Notes: generated by a model from the letters alone, not told the origin. Shown: positions 51,367 through 64,000, counted from the stretch's first letter. The stretch is DNA of 64,000 nt from Chlorokybus atmophyticus (GCA_009103225.1 RHPI01000026.1:192936-256935), one strand, 5' to 3'. Made by a program: numbers and translations.

Positions 51367-53179
51367 TCAGCAGCGCATTGATGCCCTTCGTGCACGGAAC
51401 TCACGCATCATGTCTTGGGTTTGGGAGAGAGTGGGTGTGCCAGGCGCAGACACAACACCCTGCGAGTGACATCAGTGCAGGCAAAATCAGTCCACCAACA
51501 GGCTCTCAGCTTCAATTGTGGCTCAATAAAAAATGAGTGAGTTGATGACTCACCTTGACCCAAGGGAGAGACAGCGCCTCGCGAGCAGTGAGGCGAAGCT
51601 CGGGGTCAACAGTAAGGAGCGCGGCCACCACCTCTTTGGCATCGAGGGAAATCTTGTCCCACACAGGGTCGGACATGCTGTAGTCGCCGCGCCTGATCTT
51701 CTGGAAGAGAACGGGATCGGACTCATCATCAAATGGCGAAAAGCCAGAAAGCAGGATGTATAGGATGACGCCTATCGACCACATGTCCACGGCCGGCGTG
51801 TAGCAGGACTGATTGACACCCGCATCCAACACTTCCGGAGCTGCATGTGCACAACAAGCATTGTCAGCATCAGCAGATGGTGGAGTGCGCTATCAAAGCT
51901 CAAGCAATGTGCTGAACATGCTGCATGTCTTACCGACATACTGCGGTGAACCGCACAGTGTCTGAAGGACATCGCCATTGATGAAGAACTTCGACAAGCC
52001 AAAGTCTGCAATCTTGACCCGAGAGTCTGGCTCGTTGTTCTCCAACAGGAGGTTCTCAAGCTGAACAGCACATCAGGCTCAATAGACGTTCATTGCATGT
52101 CCAAAGGTGAATTGTTGACAAACTTTGCAATGGACTGTACGATGTATCTCACCTTGAGATCTCTGTGGACTATGCCGAGGTCATGGAGGTAGGCCACGCC
52201 GTCAAGGATCTGCCTGATGAGTGCAGAGGAATCTTCCTCGGTGTAGTTGCCCTTCTCTGCAAGGCGATCCAAGAGCTCTCCACCCGTGACCAACTCAGTA
52301 ATGAGAAACACCTTCTTGGGTGTGATGTACACCTCCTTCAAGCAGATGCAATTGGGATGCCGCACCTACACAGACCTTAGTATTAATACCAGCAACCTAT
52401 GCAACCTGCTTCACGAAACTGTGACATGTTATCTGAAAACAGATGGTGCACATGTAGAGTGGCCAGGTACCAACCTGGCCAAGAACTTGTATCTCGCGCT
52501 CCAGACTGTGATCACCCGGGGCATAACGGGACTTGTCAACTATCTTGACAGCCACCTTCTCGCCAGTTCTGAGATCAGTTCCTACTTTGACCACAGCAAA
52601 GCCTGCACAAGAAGAAAGTGCTTTAGCGATCTTGCAACAACGTGCATTGCATCAATCTGTAAGCAGCGTGCTTGTTGCAGAGCACAGGTTGACAAGCTTG
52701 TACCTCCAGATCCAAGGGTATTCTCCAGGCGATAGCGGCGTTCAAACTCTCTAGTTGAAGTGACAAAGACGATGCCCTTGTAGATTGGCTGGTTTGGGTC
52801 AAACGACTCTGCGCTGCTGTCGATCGCCGCATGCACGAGGTTGATTGACTCTCGCGACGGCGACATTGGCCGTACATTGGTGGCAATATTGCGCGGCACT
52901 GCTGCTATGGGCACAACGGCATCCTCACTCACGCGTGAAAGGATTGCCGCAGCAGCAGCTGGGATGGATTCCTGAGACAACAACCATGGGTATAAGTACA
53001 CAAACCTTTCAGGGCTGCGCCGAGCATGGGACGACAAGCGAGGTCACAGCAATGTCATTCGGCTCTAGCAGCACGACACCAACCTGCTTGACTGGGTCAG
53101 GGTTGTAGTTGAGGTGATGAACCGCCATGAAATCGGTCATGGCAGGGTATGCCACCTTCACTTCTGACTCGCGTCCCAT
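51367..53179 (-). CDS. CaMK-group Ser/Thr protein kinase without EF-hands, multi-exon
   Basis: LGSG/G...VAVKIVDK, ELVTGGELLDRL, HRDLK/LENLL, KIADFGLSK, LCGSPQY.APEV, DMWSIGVILYILLSGFSPF; short basic tail MREFRARRASMRC-TGA. The 5' start is uncertain and upstream exons may exist. Confidence 0.87.
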
Positions 53180-56100
53180 AAGCGTGGTACAGCGACCCTG
53201 CTGTGGCAGCTGTAGACAGGCAGAGCATTAGCAACCTCCGATTGGACCTGGTTGGAACTGCACAACAAGCCCAAAGGCACGCTCAAGTCGCGACCGAAGC
53301 TGGGTTTCCTAATCACGTTCACTGTCGAACAACTGATTCGCTGAAGCAACACTAGCATCCATGCACTTCTCAACATGGTAACATATGCAGCATTGCGAGA
53401 TGCTAAGCAATGAGCTCGAACCCCGCAGGAGGTCACCTGTGGCAAGCGACACGCCTCTCATGGCAACTTTGAACAAGCAACACACAATTACGGACGTTGG
53501 CAACCAGGCATTGGCAAGTTACATGGCACTGTCCTTGCCCTTGCTCTTGCGCCCCCCCCCCGCCCCGCGAGCAGTTATAGAGCAGGAACTTCTCACACAT
53601 TGTGCATGACAACGACCCACAGCTGCAATGCCCGACGTAATGCACCTTTCCTGGCAAAGCAATTTCACCCTACAGCAGCGAGTCCAAGGGCACAATAGGT
53701 ATGCTCTCATAGTAAGCGAATCTTATCCTTGGACTAGCAATGCCACATTGTGGACAGCAATCAGGGCACTCTGAGTCAACCCAACCAGGGGGGGAGTAAC
53801 GAGCAATCAACCCACCGCAATTCAAGCTAGCAGGCAAGCTCCTTGCCGCTCCTGGCAGCGGTCATGTAGGCGGGCAACGCCGACACGCCCCACAACCTAG
53901 CGTTCGCTGTGATGGCTACGACAACCAACACGACACGCCCGCTCCGCAGCCCGAAAAGCCCGCCGCCCACTTCGTTTACGCCGCCTAAGCCACCGCTGTC
54001 GTCGCCGCCTTCAGCACAACCTACCACTCTTCCCTACTGCCAAGCGGTAAAGCTCTCCAGTCAATGGATGATTACCTACGCCGGAAATTGCTCAAGTGCA
54101 CTTTGGTCTCCAAGCCGGCATCGTAAACCGCGATGCCGAGCACGACTCGGATTACGTAACAAGCCCCTATCTGCTGCGAGCAGTGCTTGGCAGCCAAGAA
54201 ACTCTCGGCTCGTGCTCAGCGTCACTGGGGGATTACAGCGGTTACAGGACGTGTGAGCGCAAGCGAACAGAACCGCGTTGTGCGGTTGGGATATGTAACG
54301 GGGCCCGGGCACTGACTGGGACACCGAGCGGCGGGCTACGTTTGACTGACCCCGCGGCCGTTTCGGACCCGTTTTGGCCTCAGCCTGGGCCGCAACGCCC
54401 GAGCCAGTGTGCTAATGATAATGTTTGGGTTCATGACTTCACACCTCATAACGCCTGTCCCAACCCTATAGCGAGTATCAATATCTCCATTAACCTCGCC
54501 TTGGCGCGGCTGCGCGTTACGTCGAGAGCGGCGCGACGGGTCGCGCGGGCTGTTACGCACCGCACGCGCATATTGTAACTGGACAATGCTGTAACGCAAT
54601 GACGGCATTAGGGTCACGTCTGCCTCCAACGGTACGTTAACCGAGAACCGGCCTCCTTACGTGACCCGTCACGTGATGGGCCGGTAGGTGCCTCAATACC
54701 AGTCGAGCATACTACGTTAGAGTTATTGTGCCGCTTCAGTGACCAGAGTCCTGTACACTCTGTCTCCGCCGCGGCTGCGCTGGCTGGTGACGGCCTTGTG
54801 CTCTTTCCGGCCGAGGTTACCTGGGCCGCGTGTAACTGGGCTCTGACTGAAAGCTCTAGGCCTTGAAGCCGCGCTTATGATCCCTTCCCCGGAGTATGTT
54901 CTGAGCTGACCAAAGCCCTCCTCGCTTTTTTGGTACTATTACAATGGTGGGCACTGAAGAGCCTTGGAGCGGTCGGATATCGGACCTTGCGAGTGTGACC
55001 TGACACCGGATGGGGTTATGTCGGCTACCGTACCAATGTGGACGCGCGTGAAGCAATGGCGAAAGGGTAGGGTTCGTAAATCCGGTGCCTGTACCCAGCT
55101 GGCTCTAAATAGCCTGATGCGAGTGGGGCGTCATTGAACTGGATGCTTTTCGTTACTGCATTGGCTAAAGGCATGCGCCATCGCCTTGCAGTTGGGATAT
55201 TTCCGTAGGTAACGGTAACGGGAGCGACGCGCATTCTACTTAGCAGTACCGATCGTACAGTCATCTTAGCGCGTGCCGCATTATCAAGTGAGCTTCACGG
55301 TAATTCATTGACGGTGAGCACAAAAGCCTTCACAATTTGCACACGCTTTGACATGCATGTGCTCAACTCCTGCATAGTAGATGTAGATTATGAGCTTATT
55401 CGCGACCTGCTTTGCCGGAGCTCTGACAGCGTGAGAAGACAAGAAAGTTTGCTGGTCGACTACCCTCTGCGAATGTGTCAGGCGACACGTTGGCATCTTT
55501 GGCTGTCCGCCGGCAAGTTGGGACGGTGACATAACCGTTACCGCGTGCCTTCGTTAACCTCTAGGTGGGCAGTGATAGCGGTGCAACCCACGGGTTTCGC
55601 CGAATGACGGTTTCGCCAAGCTGCGCCAGAGGGCTCCTATTTGGGCGATTGGCGAAACCGACCTATTACCTCCAAACTTCTAAGTAAAGGCGAGAATTGC
55701 AATAGACTTGTCAATGTGAAGGTTTGTCATGGGTCAAGACCGATGGATAATCTTATTTGATTGGTTAAAAGAGTATGTGGGAGATCGAAGTTAACATGAG
55801 GTATAGTGCAAGTGCACAATGCGATTAAATTATTGTATATCAATAGATGACACATTGTACCATTGTCATTTACATTATAATGTACCTGTTTCATACTTCA
55901 GCATATTGTTGTGTGTTATAAACCCTACTACTTCTAATGTAAATGTGTGTTTACGTATATCATTGTGTAAAAGAGTTATAGAGATATATATACACGGAAG
56001 AGCCCCTCCAACAGCTAGCCAGGTACCCCCCACACGAGTAAACCATCAATGCGCAAACATGTTAATGCCCACTAATTGCTGCCACTCAGCAGATATACCC

Positions 56101-58088
56101 GTGTTGCTCTCCGACCTTACAAATGATGATAGCTTATAGCCCTTGACAGTGTGCGTTGACTTGCTAACACGTGCTGACATATTCCCTACCTCTTGAGTCA
56201 ACCGACCTTAGGAGTATCACCTGTCACACCACTTATAAACATGGCTTCGAGAGTGTGGTGACATTACCTGCCACCAACAATGTCACGCTTAATAGGCAAA
56301 GCATGATCACTCTCAGGCTGCTATGCTGACATTCTGATTGTACGAGTTTAACTGCTTGGGTGGGTGCAGTATCGAAGTGGTTCGCTCGTACAGTCAGTTT
56401 TTTAGCTCATAAGCCTTGGCATGAAGAACTATACTTGTACTAGCATGAAGAACTGAACTCACAAGGCCTTGATAAGCAGCTTGCACACAACTGATCAGTG
56501 TGCACATGCATGCACAAGCATGTCATTTGTTACTGTGGGTGATAAGGCGTTGATGACTCTTTAAAGTGCCTATATGTGCACAGGCGCCAAGAGCATCTTA
56601 TGTGTTAGCACAGTGTGGGTCACATGCGTGGATGCCTTGTGAGTTGCTTATGGCCAAGTAAGAAGGCAACCTGGAAGAGTATTACAGGCGCGGCCAGCAT
56701 GGTGTTGGTAAGAGAGTTTTTTACTCAAGTCTGGTGGTCACTCGCTGTGTGTTTGGGGTGCTTGGCTAACTCAGCCAAGTTACATTGTTCAAAGGGGCCT
56801 TCCTTACCCTCCTGTGTGGGGCTTTTTGCGTGGTCTACCTAAGATTTTGGGTGTTTACCTTGTAGTTAACGCCTGCGCTAAAGAACAGGCACCTACAAAG
56901 GGTTGGGAGGTGGTTTTATCTGGTAGTTTGCGCCTGCACTGAAGAAGACTCTTATGCCTCGGAGGCGCCTACGTAGGGTTTGGTGTGGTGTAGCTTGTGG
57001 TGGACGCGTGTATGTACTGCCAGTACAATGAGGAGGAGGTGCCTCCCACGTTCTGCTACTACTGGTAGCTTTCTTGGTGTTCTTCCATGACTATCTCATG
57101 TTGTGGAAAACCCCTGCCCAGCTGGTTTTGCCCTTGTGTATTACTAAGTATGCATGCATGTGTATGTGCATGCAATAACCTTACACACTTGTAAGTGTGC
57201 ATGCATGTGTATGTGCATGCTATAGCCTCATATACTGTTGGTGTATGTGTGTGCCTCTTGCATGTTGAGGGTGTTCATGACCTACGTGCATGCACAGTAG
57301 CCTTGCACTTGTGTGCATGTGTGGCTGCATCCTTGCAGGGGCATGACACCGATTAACGTTAAAGGACCATGAATGGTCCGTACCCTTGGACCCAGATTTT
57401 CCCCCTGCTAAGTGAATTTTCCGTATGTATGGTCAGATCGTGCATGGTTCAAAGTTCATAAAGATGGTCCCATGTTTTTTCGGGGTCGCACCAGGGATGG
57501 TCCGGTCAATTGCGCTCGCGTCAAGACCAGATAGCGGCCGGGCAGCGGACCAGGAACCGAATCAAAGTATTACGACAATTTCAATTATCACTAGTCCAGC
57601 GGATCATAAACTGAAATATATATGGATGACACTTAGATTTTGAGAGTGAATGCAAAACCCGGCGTAATGTTATGCTATCAGCACCGGCCACGCCCCTATA
57701 GCGCACGACTCGTGCAACACCAGGCCGCGGCGAGGCTAAAATGATGAGTTGAGTATACAAGTAAGTCCATAGATTCGACCCAAGCACTTCCAGCATACAG
57801 GCAAACGCCCTAACCACCAAAACCACAAGTGCATGAACCAAAAATGGTCGGCAAACCATTCATTTATATGGTTTAGCAAGCGTGCCGATGGACTGTCAAT
57901 TAATGTGTGTCAGTGCTAACAACACCACTATCACTTTATGAAAATTTCAAATTGAATGGACAGCCGCAACTCGGCGATTGCCAGGGTAATTGAAATACAA
58001 CATTCGGCCGGGCCCTGACCGTCGAGGGCTGACAAATGTGCCAATAACCTTTAAAGGAGCTTTCAATGACAGCCCGCTTGAGTAAAAA

Positions 58089-58365
58089 CATATATAGACA
58101 TATATATATATATATATATATANNNNNNNNNNNNNNNNNNNNNNNNNNNNNNNNNNNNNNNNNNNNNNNNNNNNNNNNNNNNNNNNNNNNNNNNNNNNNN
58201 NNNNNNNNNNNNNNNNNNNNNNNNNNNNNNNNNNNNNNNNNNNNNNNNNNNNNNNNNNNNNNNNNNNNNNNNNNNNNNNNNNNNNNNNNNNNNNNNNNNN
58301 NNNNNNNNNNNNNNNNNNNNNNNNNNNNNNNNNNNNNNNNNNNNNNNNNNNNNNNNNNNNNNNNN
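58089..58365. other. (TA)n microsatellite running into an assembly gap (N 58123-58365)
   Basis: Directly visible; sequence on either side may not be truly contiguous. Confidence 0.97.
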
Positions 58366-61300
58366 TGTATACGTGTATTTGTATATTTGTATATACATTC
58401 ATACAGTGTCATAGAAAATGCATGATATATGTATGTAATTAATATATACATAAATATTTATATGTTATATGCAATCCGTTGTCTCACAATGGGCTGTCAT
58501 AAAATATAATCATTGCTTGTGTGTTAAATAAAAATATAATAGCATTGATCGCAGTATTCAGTCATTATTACGATATAGTTGAATTGACCAATATTTCATA
58601 GTAATTAATAAAATACATAATCAATATCATTATTATTATTATTTTAAAGATATACAATGTATGACACATATAAATTGACATCGCTAGCGCAAAACATATT
58701 AATAACATTATAATTGAATAACTTACTATTATGGATGTAGTAGTCCATCGATTGATACGCGCATTACAACCTATGTACGGGTTACATTTTGCTGTTTATT
58801 CCACAATTGTATAAGACATATATATGTTTAAACATGTATTTATTTATTTATTAAAGCATGCATGTATGAAGATCGTATTTGTAGTGCACATTCGCAACTT
58901 CGTGCACATGCAATCATGTTAATGATGGCAAGCATGACTACATTGATTCTAATGGTAACTAGCGGTGCGGCTGATTGGGCGGGATTGGGCCGGCCGGCCA
59001 GCCGGGAGGCCGGCATTAGGGCACAAAGACACATCACGCGCACTGAGGGCCATCACACACGGCACCCGAGATTACATGCCTGCCGCGCATACCGAGCAGC
59101 CTACCTACCTCTCATTGGCTATGCGACGTTTATCAGCTATCAGCCATTCGATTTGTGTTGAACAAATCTCAACCTTCCAAAGCACATCCCCATACTGTGC
59201 AATGGCACAAAGTATATGCGAGTGAATAAAAAAATCCATTTATTTTTAGCACAACATGCACGGTGCACATATGCGTCATGTGTGCGTTGTACAGTCCACC
59301 CCCGCTAAAAGACTTTGCTCCAAGAGAATAACCCCGCTTTCAGCATACGTTCTAAGATCACCAACGATTCTACAGGGTAATGTTAGCGCTTAAGAGAATA
59401 TGACTAACCGCGAGCATATTATTTTTCATGCCATTTTTGCAAATGTCATGGTGCGTATTCTTAACATTGAGGGAGTAGCGCGTGACGAGTGTGTCATCAG
59501 GCGTAATTAGTGTGATAGATAAGGCGTGATGGGTACAATGTCATGCGTAATTAGCATAATGAGCGTGATGGCATAATACGTGACATAATGCGGGTGATGT
59601 AATGGGCGTGATGGGCTGCTTTATAGCATACAAATGCTTGTAATGGTTAAGAGCATACTATGCTCTTTTTAACGCCAAAAACATAACCCCGCCAGGAGCA
59701 AACTATCTTTGAAAACAAACAGCATGTTCTTAAAAGGGGTAGACCGTACAATAAATGTTTCAATGTAATTAAGTACGTACCACTATGTACCTTAACTGTA
59801 CAGTTTACCTCGCTATAAGAATCACGTGTATCTTTCATTTTATCAACGGGGTTATTCTCTTGGCGTTTATAATAATATATACTGTTTGATTTTTTACATA
59901 ATATATATTTTACTAACAGGGGTATTGCAAAATAACCGTAAGCCACGTCATTATGTTTTAACGTGGCATTAATTAAATTGATAATAGGTAATAATAAATT
60001 AATTATGTACGTAACTATATATGAGTCTTATAACATGTGTACGCTTATAATATTTAAAATAAACATGCCATTATCGAGGTATTCCCCCGTAACAAGACTG
60101 AGCTCACACAAAATTCTAACCCTTCGTTGTAGTCTTATAGCGTATAAAACTACTCCCCTATCGATGATGTTGGCCTGTAAAAGCATTGGATTTTTGCAAA
60201 TCTATGATCTCAACGGGGTTATTTTCATAAACCGAAGTCTTTTAACGGGGGTAGACTATATAGTCTACCCTTTTGTAAGAGCATACTGTTATCCTCAAAA
60301 ACCGTATGCTCTTGGCGACTAAGAGCATAATATGCTCTTGAACGTTAGGAGCATATATATGCTATAAGCGCAGATTCATTACGCCCATCACGCCTATTGG
60401 TCGGGCCGGCCTGTCGGCATTCAACCTACATACATCCCGCGCTATGGCCATCACACGGCACCCGCGACTGCCGGGCTGCGCGGCAGTATGTGCGGCCCGC
60501 CTGCTTCTCATTGGCTAGGCGGCGAGAACAAGCGTTACACCGTTAGATCTACCTAAACACGATTATGGCCGTCCAAAGCACATCCAATTGTTCAAGCGCA
60601 TGCCAATAAATGTAAAAATAAGCACATATCTGCATACGTGGCCGCTTATGGCTGCATGTTGATGATTTTATAATGTGTTACATTAATAATATTGATAAAC
60701 ATGCTGCAATATGGTGCAGTATGGTGCCATATGATTAGCAAATGCTGTTAAGTGTTTCAAATCTTAATAATCAACGTAAAGTTCACGCCACGGTACGTGC
60801 TGCGATATTCAGTAAACAATGCCGAGGTTACGACCATAAAAATAATGCTAACCTGAATTACCTTAACGTTAAAATTCAACTAAACGAAAAATCGCATCGT
60901 TAGGCCATTTGGTCACGCATGAGATTGATCAAATGGGATCGCAATGGTAACAACAGCTAGTTGCTCAAAAAGGCAGCGAAATGGCCAATCATTGCAAAGA
61001 TGCGTAAAAGATGCTAAAAAATATGTCAGCGGCAACCGCTTACCAACGGCGACCCAAACTTGCTAGGGAATTGATGCAATTGCGGCACATTTAGTGGTTA
61101 AAACGGCCGCGTTTTTGGCGGTACGAGGTCGGGGCAGGCCCTATACCCCAAAAACATGCCGCCACTACTCACCCTCGTTCTAACTGATCCACTCTACCCT
61201 TTAACGCTAATTGATTACACGCTATAGTTACTGCGTCATCAAACATGGTCAACAGCCGAAGTAAGATAATCGCCCTTCAAGCTAATACAGCTTAATTGAC

Positions 61301-61539
61301 AATCCGGCTGTCAATTAGCCGCCGACCATGTGTTGTCGGTGAGCATTTTCCGACAGTTGGGGCGATCAGTAAGTACCAGCAAAGTCATTGATTATTTTAC
61401 CCGATTCGTCCCAAACCATGTATGGTCTGGGACGGATTGGGTACGGTGCGCGACATGAGGGCCGCGGAACCGTACCTGGTCCGCAGCGAAATTGACCGTT
61501 CCTCCACATACAAGTACATGGTGCGGCACGGACCATAGG

Positions 61540-62097
61540 TGTAATGCCGGTTAATGTGGAATAGGCTACGAAAGGCTTATGAAGCATTGATAAGCAATAC
61601 ACAACCTCTCATGGCAGCGACTTTTGCTACCATGGCTTGGTCGGCTAAGCCCCGCGTTACATCGGTAATCGGAGCTCTAAAGGTTTTGAGATCAAATCCC
61701 ACCGGGCGCAAGATGCGCGCGAGTGGGTAGATTTCGGCGACCGTCGGAAACGATCCAAGACAGTTAGTGTGATTGATTAACAATAACTTGTGAGGTGAAG
61801 CTGACTGAGTCGGCGCGCAAACTCGCTCCTGCGCGCGGCAACGTGGCAAGTCGCCGCGGAAAACTACGCGGCATAACCGGTAATGGCTGGTCATGACCGG
61901 ACGCGAGCAAATCCTGCCGGTCATGAAGGGTCCAAGATGTGCAGGTAAAATCGCGGTTAAAGCCGGGTTGAATGTAATGCCGGTTAATGTAGAATAGGCT
62001 AAGAAGGGCTTATAAAGCATTGATAAGCAATACACAACCTCTCATGGCAGCGACTTTTGCAACAACCCTGGCTTGGTTGGCTAAGCCCCGCGTTACA
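61540..62097 (+). mobile_element. TRIM (terminal-repeat retrotransposon in miniature), 558 bp, 5-bp TSD ATAGG
   Basis: Direct repeats 61540-61661 and 61973-62097 with TGTAA...TTACA ends; ATAGG at 61535-61539 and 62098-62102; 311-bp interior with no recognisable coding sequence, starting with PBS-like TCGGTAATCGGAGCT. Confidence 0.9.
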
Positions 62098-64000
62098 ATA
62101 GGTGGTGCGCGCCAGCGTACCAAAATTTGGGGCCCCGAACGGACCCAGGAACCAGGCAGTCCTGGCCGGCGGGATAACGGATCGTGCATGGTCGGCGGGG
62201 TCCGTATACATGGTCCTTGAACGTCAAGCCGTGCATACCACACGGAATTTTTTCCACGGACCAGCCCTGGTCCGCACGTACGGACTGGGGCCCAAACGCC
62301 CGGGCGGCTTAGGGTCCGGACCAGGGTCGTCTGCCTTGGTCTGCACGCGGGGACCAGGACTGGTCCAAATAGTACGTAATTGACCCACGGTCCCCCAAAA
62401 AACCGAACCAAGGCTGGTTCCGGTCAGAAACTGTTGGAGGTCGGACCGGTATGGTCATGTGTGAAGGACCATCGTCGAACCACGTGTGGTCCGGCTGGCA
62501 GTGTTCATTGTGCGTTATGGCCAGCTATAGCCGGACCGACTTTATAAGCTGACCGGCAGCGGCTGAAATGCTTGAAATTGACTGTGCTCTGGTGGCTGAC
62601 TGCGGTCAGCTGCAGCTGCAATTGACCCGCAGCTGACCGCAGTTAGGCCGCCGCTCGTGGCCTGGCGGGCGGCCTGGTGCTCCACACCAAGAGCACCAGG
62701 CCACGCCGCTGGCTCGGTCATGCTGGCCTGGTGGCGGCAAGCATGCTCAGGCTAACATCGTCGCCTAAGCATGCTTGCCGCCTCCAGGCCAACACCGTCC
62801 CCAGGCCACAGCCAAGGCGTCCTTACCAGCCGCCTTCGCCCGGGACGGTCATGCGAAGTAAACGTCACCAGGCTATGCCGACGACATGCATGTGCAGATG
62901 GAGGCCTTCAAGCTGCACTACTGACACCTGCTCACAGTAAATCTACCGCAAAGTAACAGCACGCACACAAAGCAAGCAGACACACTCTCTACTCCTCTAC
63001 GAAAAGAACCAATCGACATGAATAATTGTCCATCTTAAACAGTAACAAAAACAAGTGTGTTACATGAAGCAAAACAACTGTTTGCATGCAACTATACCAG
63101 CAAACAATCACCCCAACACGGTGTCAGCTACCTAGTCAGTCCTAGTGCACGAGGAGGGTACCTGCACAGTACACAAGCGCATACACATGCACACACAACA
63201 CGTCTTTGCCTACGCAATCACGCACATCCACAGCTGAACACGCAGGCACACACGCGCATATTTGTACCTGTCATACTGACGTTTGCTGCTCCTCCATCCC
63301 CAATAATTGCCACACCTTGCCTGTGCGGGGCCTGCATGTGCGTGCGCAACTGGTTTATTGCTTGATACTGATGGTATACATGTACACATAGCGTGCGCGT
63401 GTATGTATGCAGGTCTGCCTGCACAGCTGCCGCTTTCACATTCAGTAGATTTTAGAAGTTATAGGCGGATGTCCTCACATCCGCCTATGACTTTTAGAAA
63501 TCTATTAAATGTATTTCATTGAATCGCACTGACCATTGCGGCCTATGAGCCAGCCTCAAAGGCTGCCCTGGATAAGGCAGCCTACAAGGCTGGCTTATAG
63601 GCGTATGTGTGCACGTTCATGCGTGCGTAACATCGAGCAATTGCATGCATGTGTGGACAATGTGGTCTACAAGCTTAAGTAAGTGTGTGCACATTCACGC
63701 ATGATCAATGTTTCACGACATATGCACGCAGGAACATGCACACACTCAGAGCACCTTGAAGAGGTGAAGATCACGGGCAGTTCGGGCGAAGTAGTGCTTG
63801 CATACGCAGCGTTGTGCATTGCAGCAGCACTTCTCTCTTTCAGCACCGGATTGCTGATTTTTAGCTTGGGGGGCAGTCCACATACCTGCGCGTGCGCGTG
63901 CCTGCGAGCGCGTGCGCGTGCCCGCATTCACATGCCGGTGCGTGCATGCTTGTATGAGTGTGCGTGTACGCATCTCTTCAAGAAAGAAGGGGGGGGGGGG

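Noticed and set aside
53430-53660. GFA/CENP-V-like Zn domain (HYVGHCSCG) as the kinase N-terminus
   Set aside because: Every splice path I tried to the kinase exons hit a stop or needed an implausibly short intron.
57936-58451. ORFs spanning the N run
   Set aside because: Artefacts of the assembly gap and the (TA)n repeat.
61540-62097. Cassandra-type TRIM or CRISPR-like array
   Set aside because: No 5S rRNA-like A/C boxes were recognised in the repeats, and there are only two long repeats with a TSD rather than short repeats with unique spacers.
63667-63973. Possible exon of a gene entering from beyond the window end
   Set aside because: The fragment is too short, the frame is ambiguous and it is flanked by RY low-complexity sequence.

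Overview
Eukaryotic nuclear DNA from a green-lineage alga. The six-frame ORF track is mostly intron-broken fragments, so I assembled gene models by hand from GT-AG junctions. A nuclear NdhM, plant-type PHR2/WBP11/PHB3/PSMD5 and telo-boxes suggest an early-diverging streptophyte alga or another NDH-retaining green alga (inference). The first ~41 kb is gene-dense: a partial adhesin-like mosaic gene, WBP11, TTC39-like, a PHR2 photolyase-like gene, NdhM, ABHD18-like, F-box/WD40, prohibitin, PSMD5-like and UVSSA, including three head-to-head pairs. The rest holds a complete but decayed 7.1-kb chromodomain Ty3/gypsy LTR retrotransposon (5-bp TSD), a CaMK-type kinase, and a repeat-rich tail with an assembly gap and a 558-bp TRIM (5-bp TSD). 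Strongest leads: (1) PHR2 is joined in one open spliced frame to an N-terminal degenerate TOC34/AIG1-like G-domain; (2) the chromovirus carries a degenerate N6-adenine methyltransferase-like domain between gag and protease; (3) the TRIM, whose termini resemble the chromovirus; (4) several perfect hairpins, including one with 45-bp arms. No tRNA, rRNA or CRISPR array was recognised. All homology calls come from recalled motifs, not database searches.
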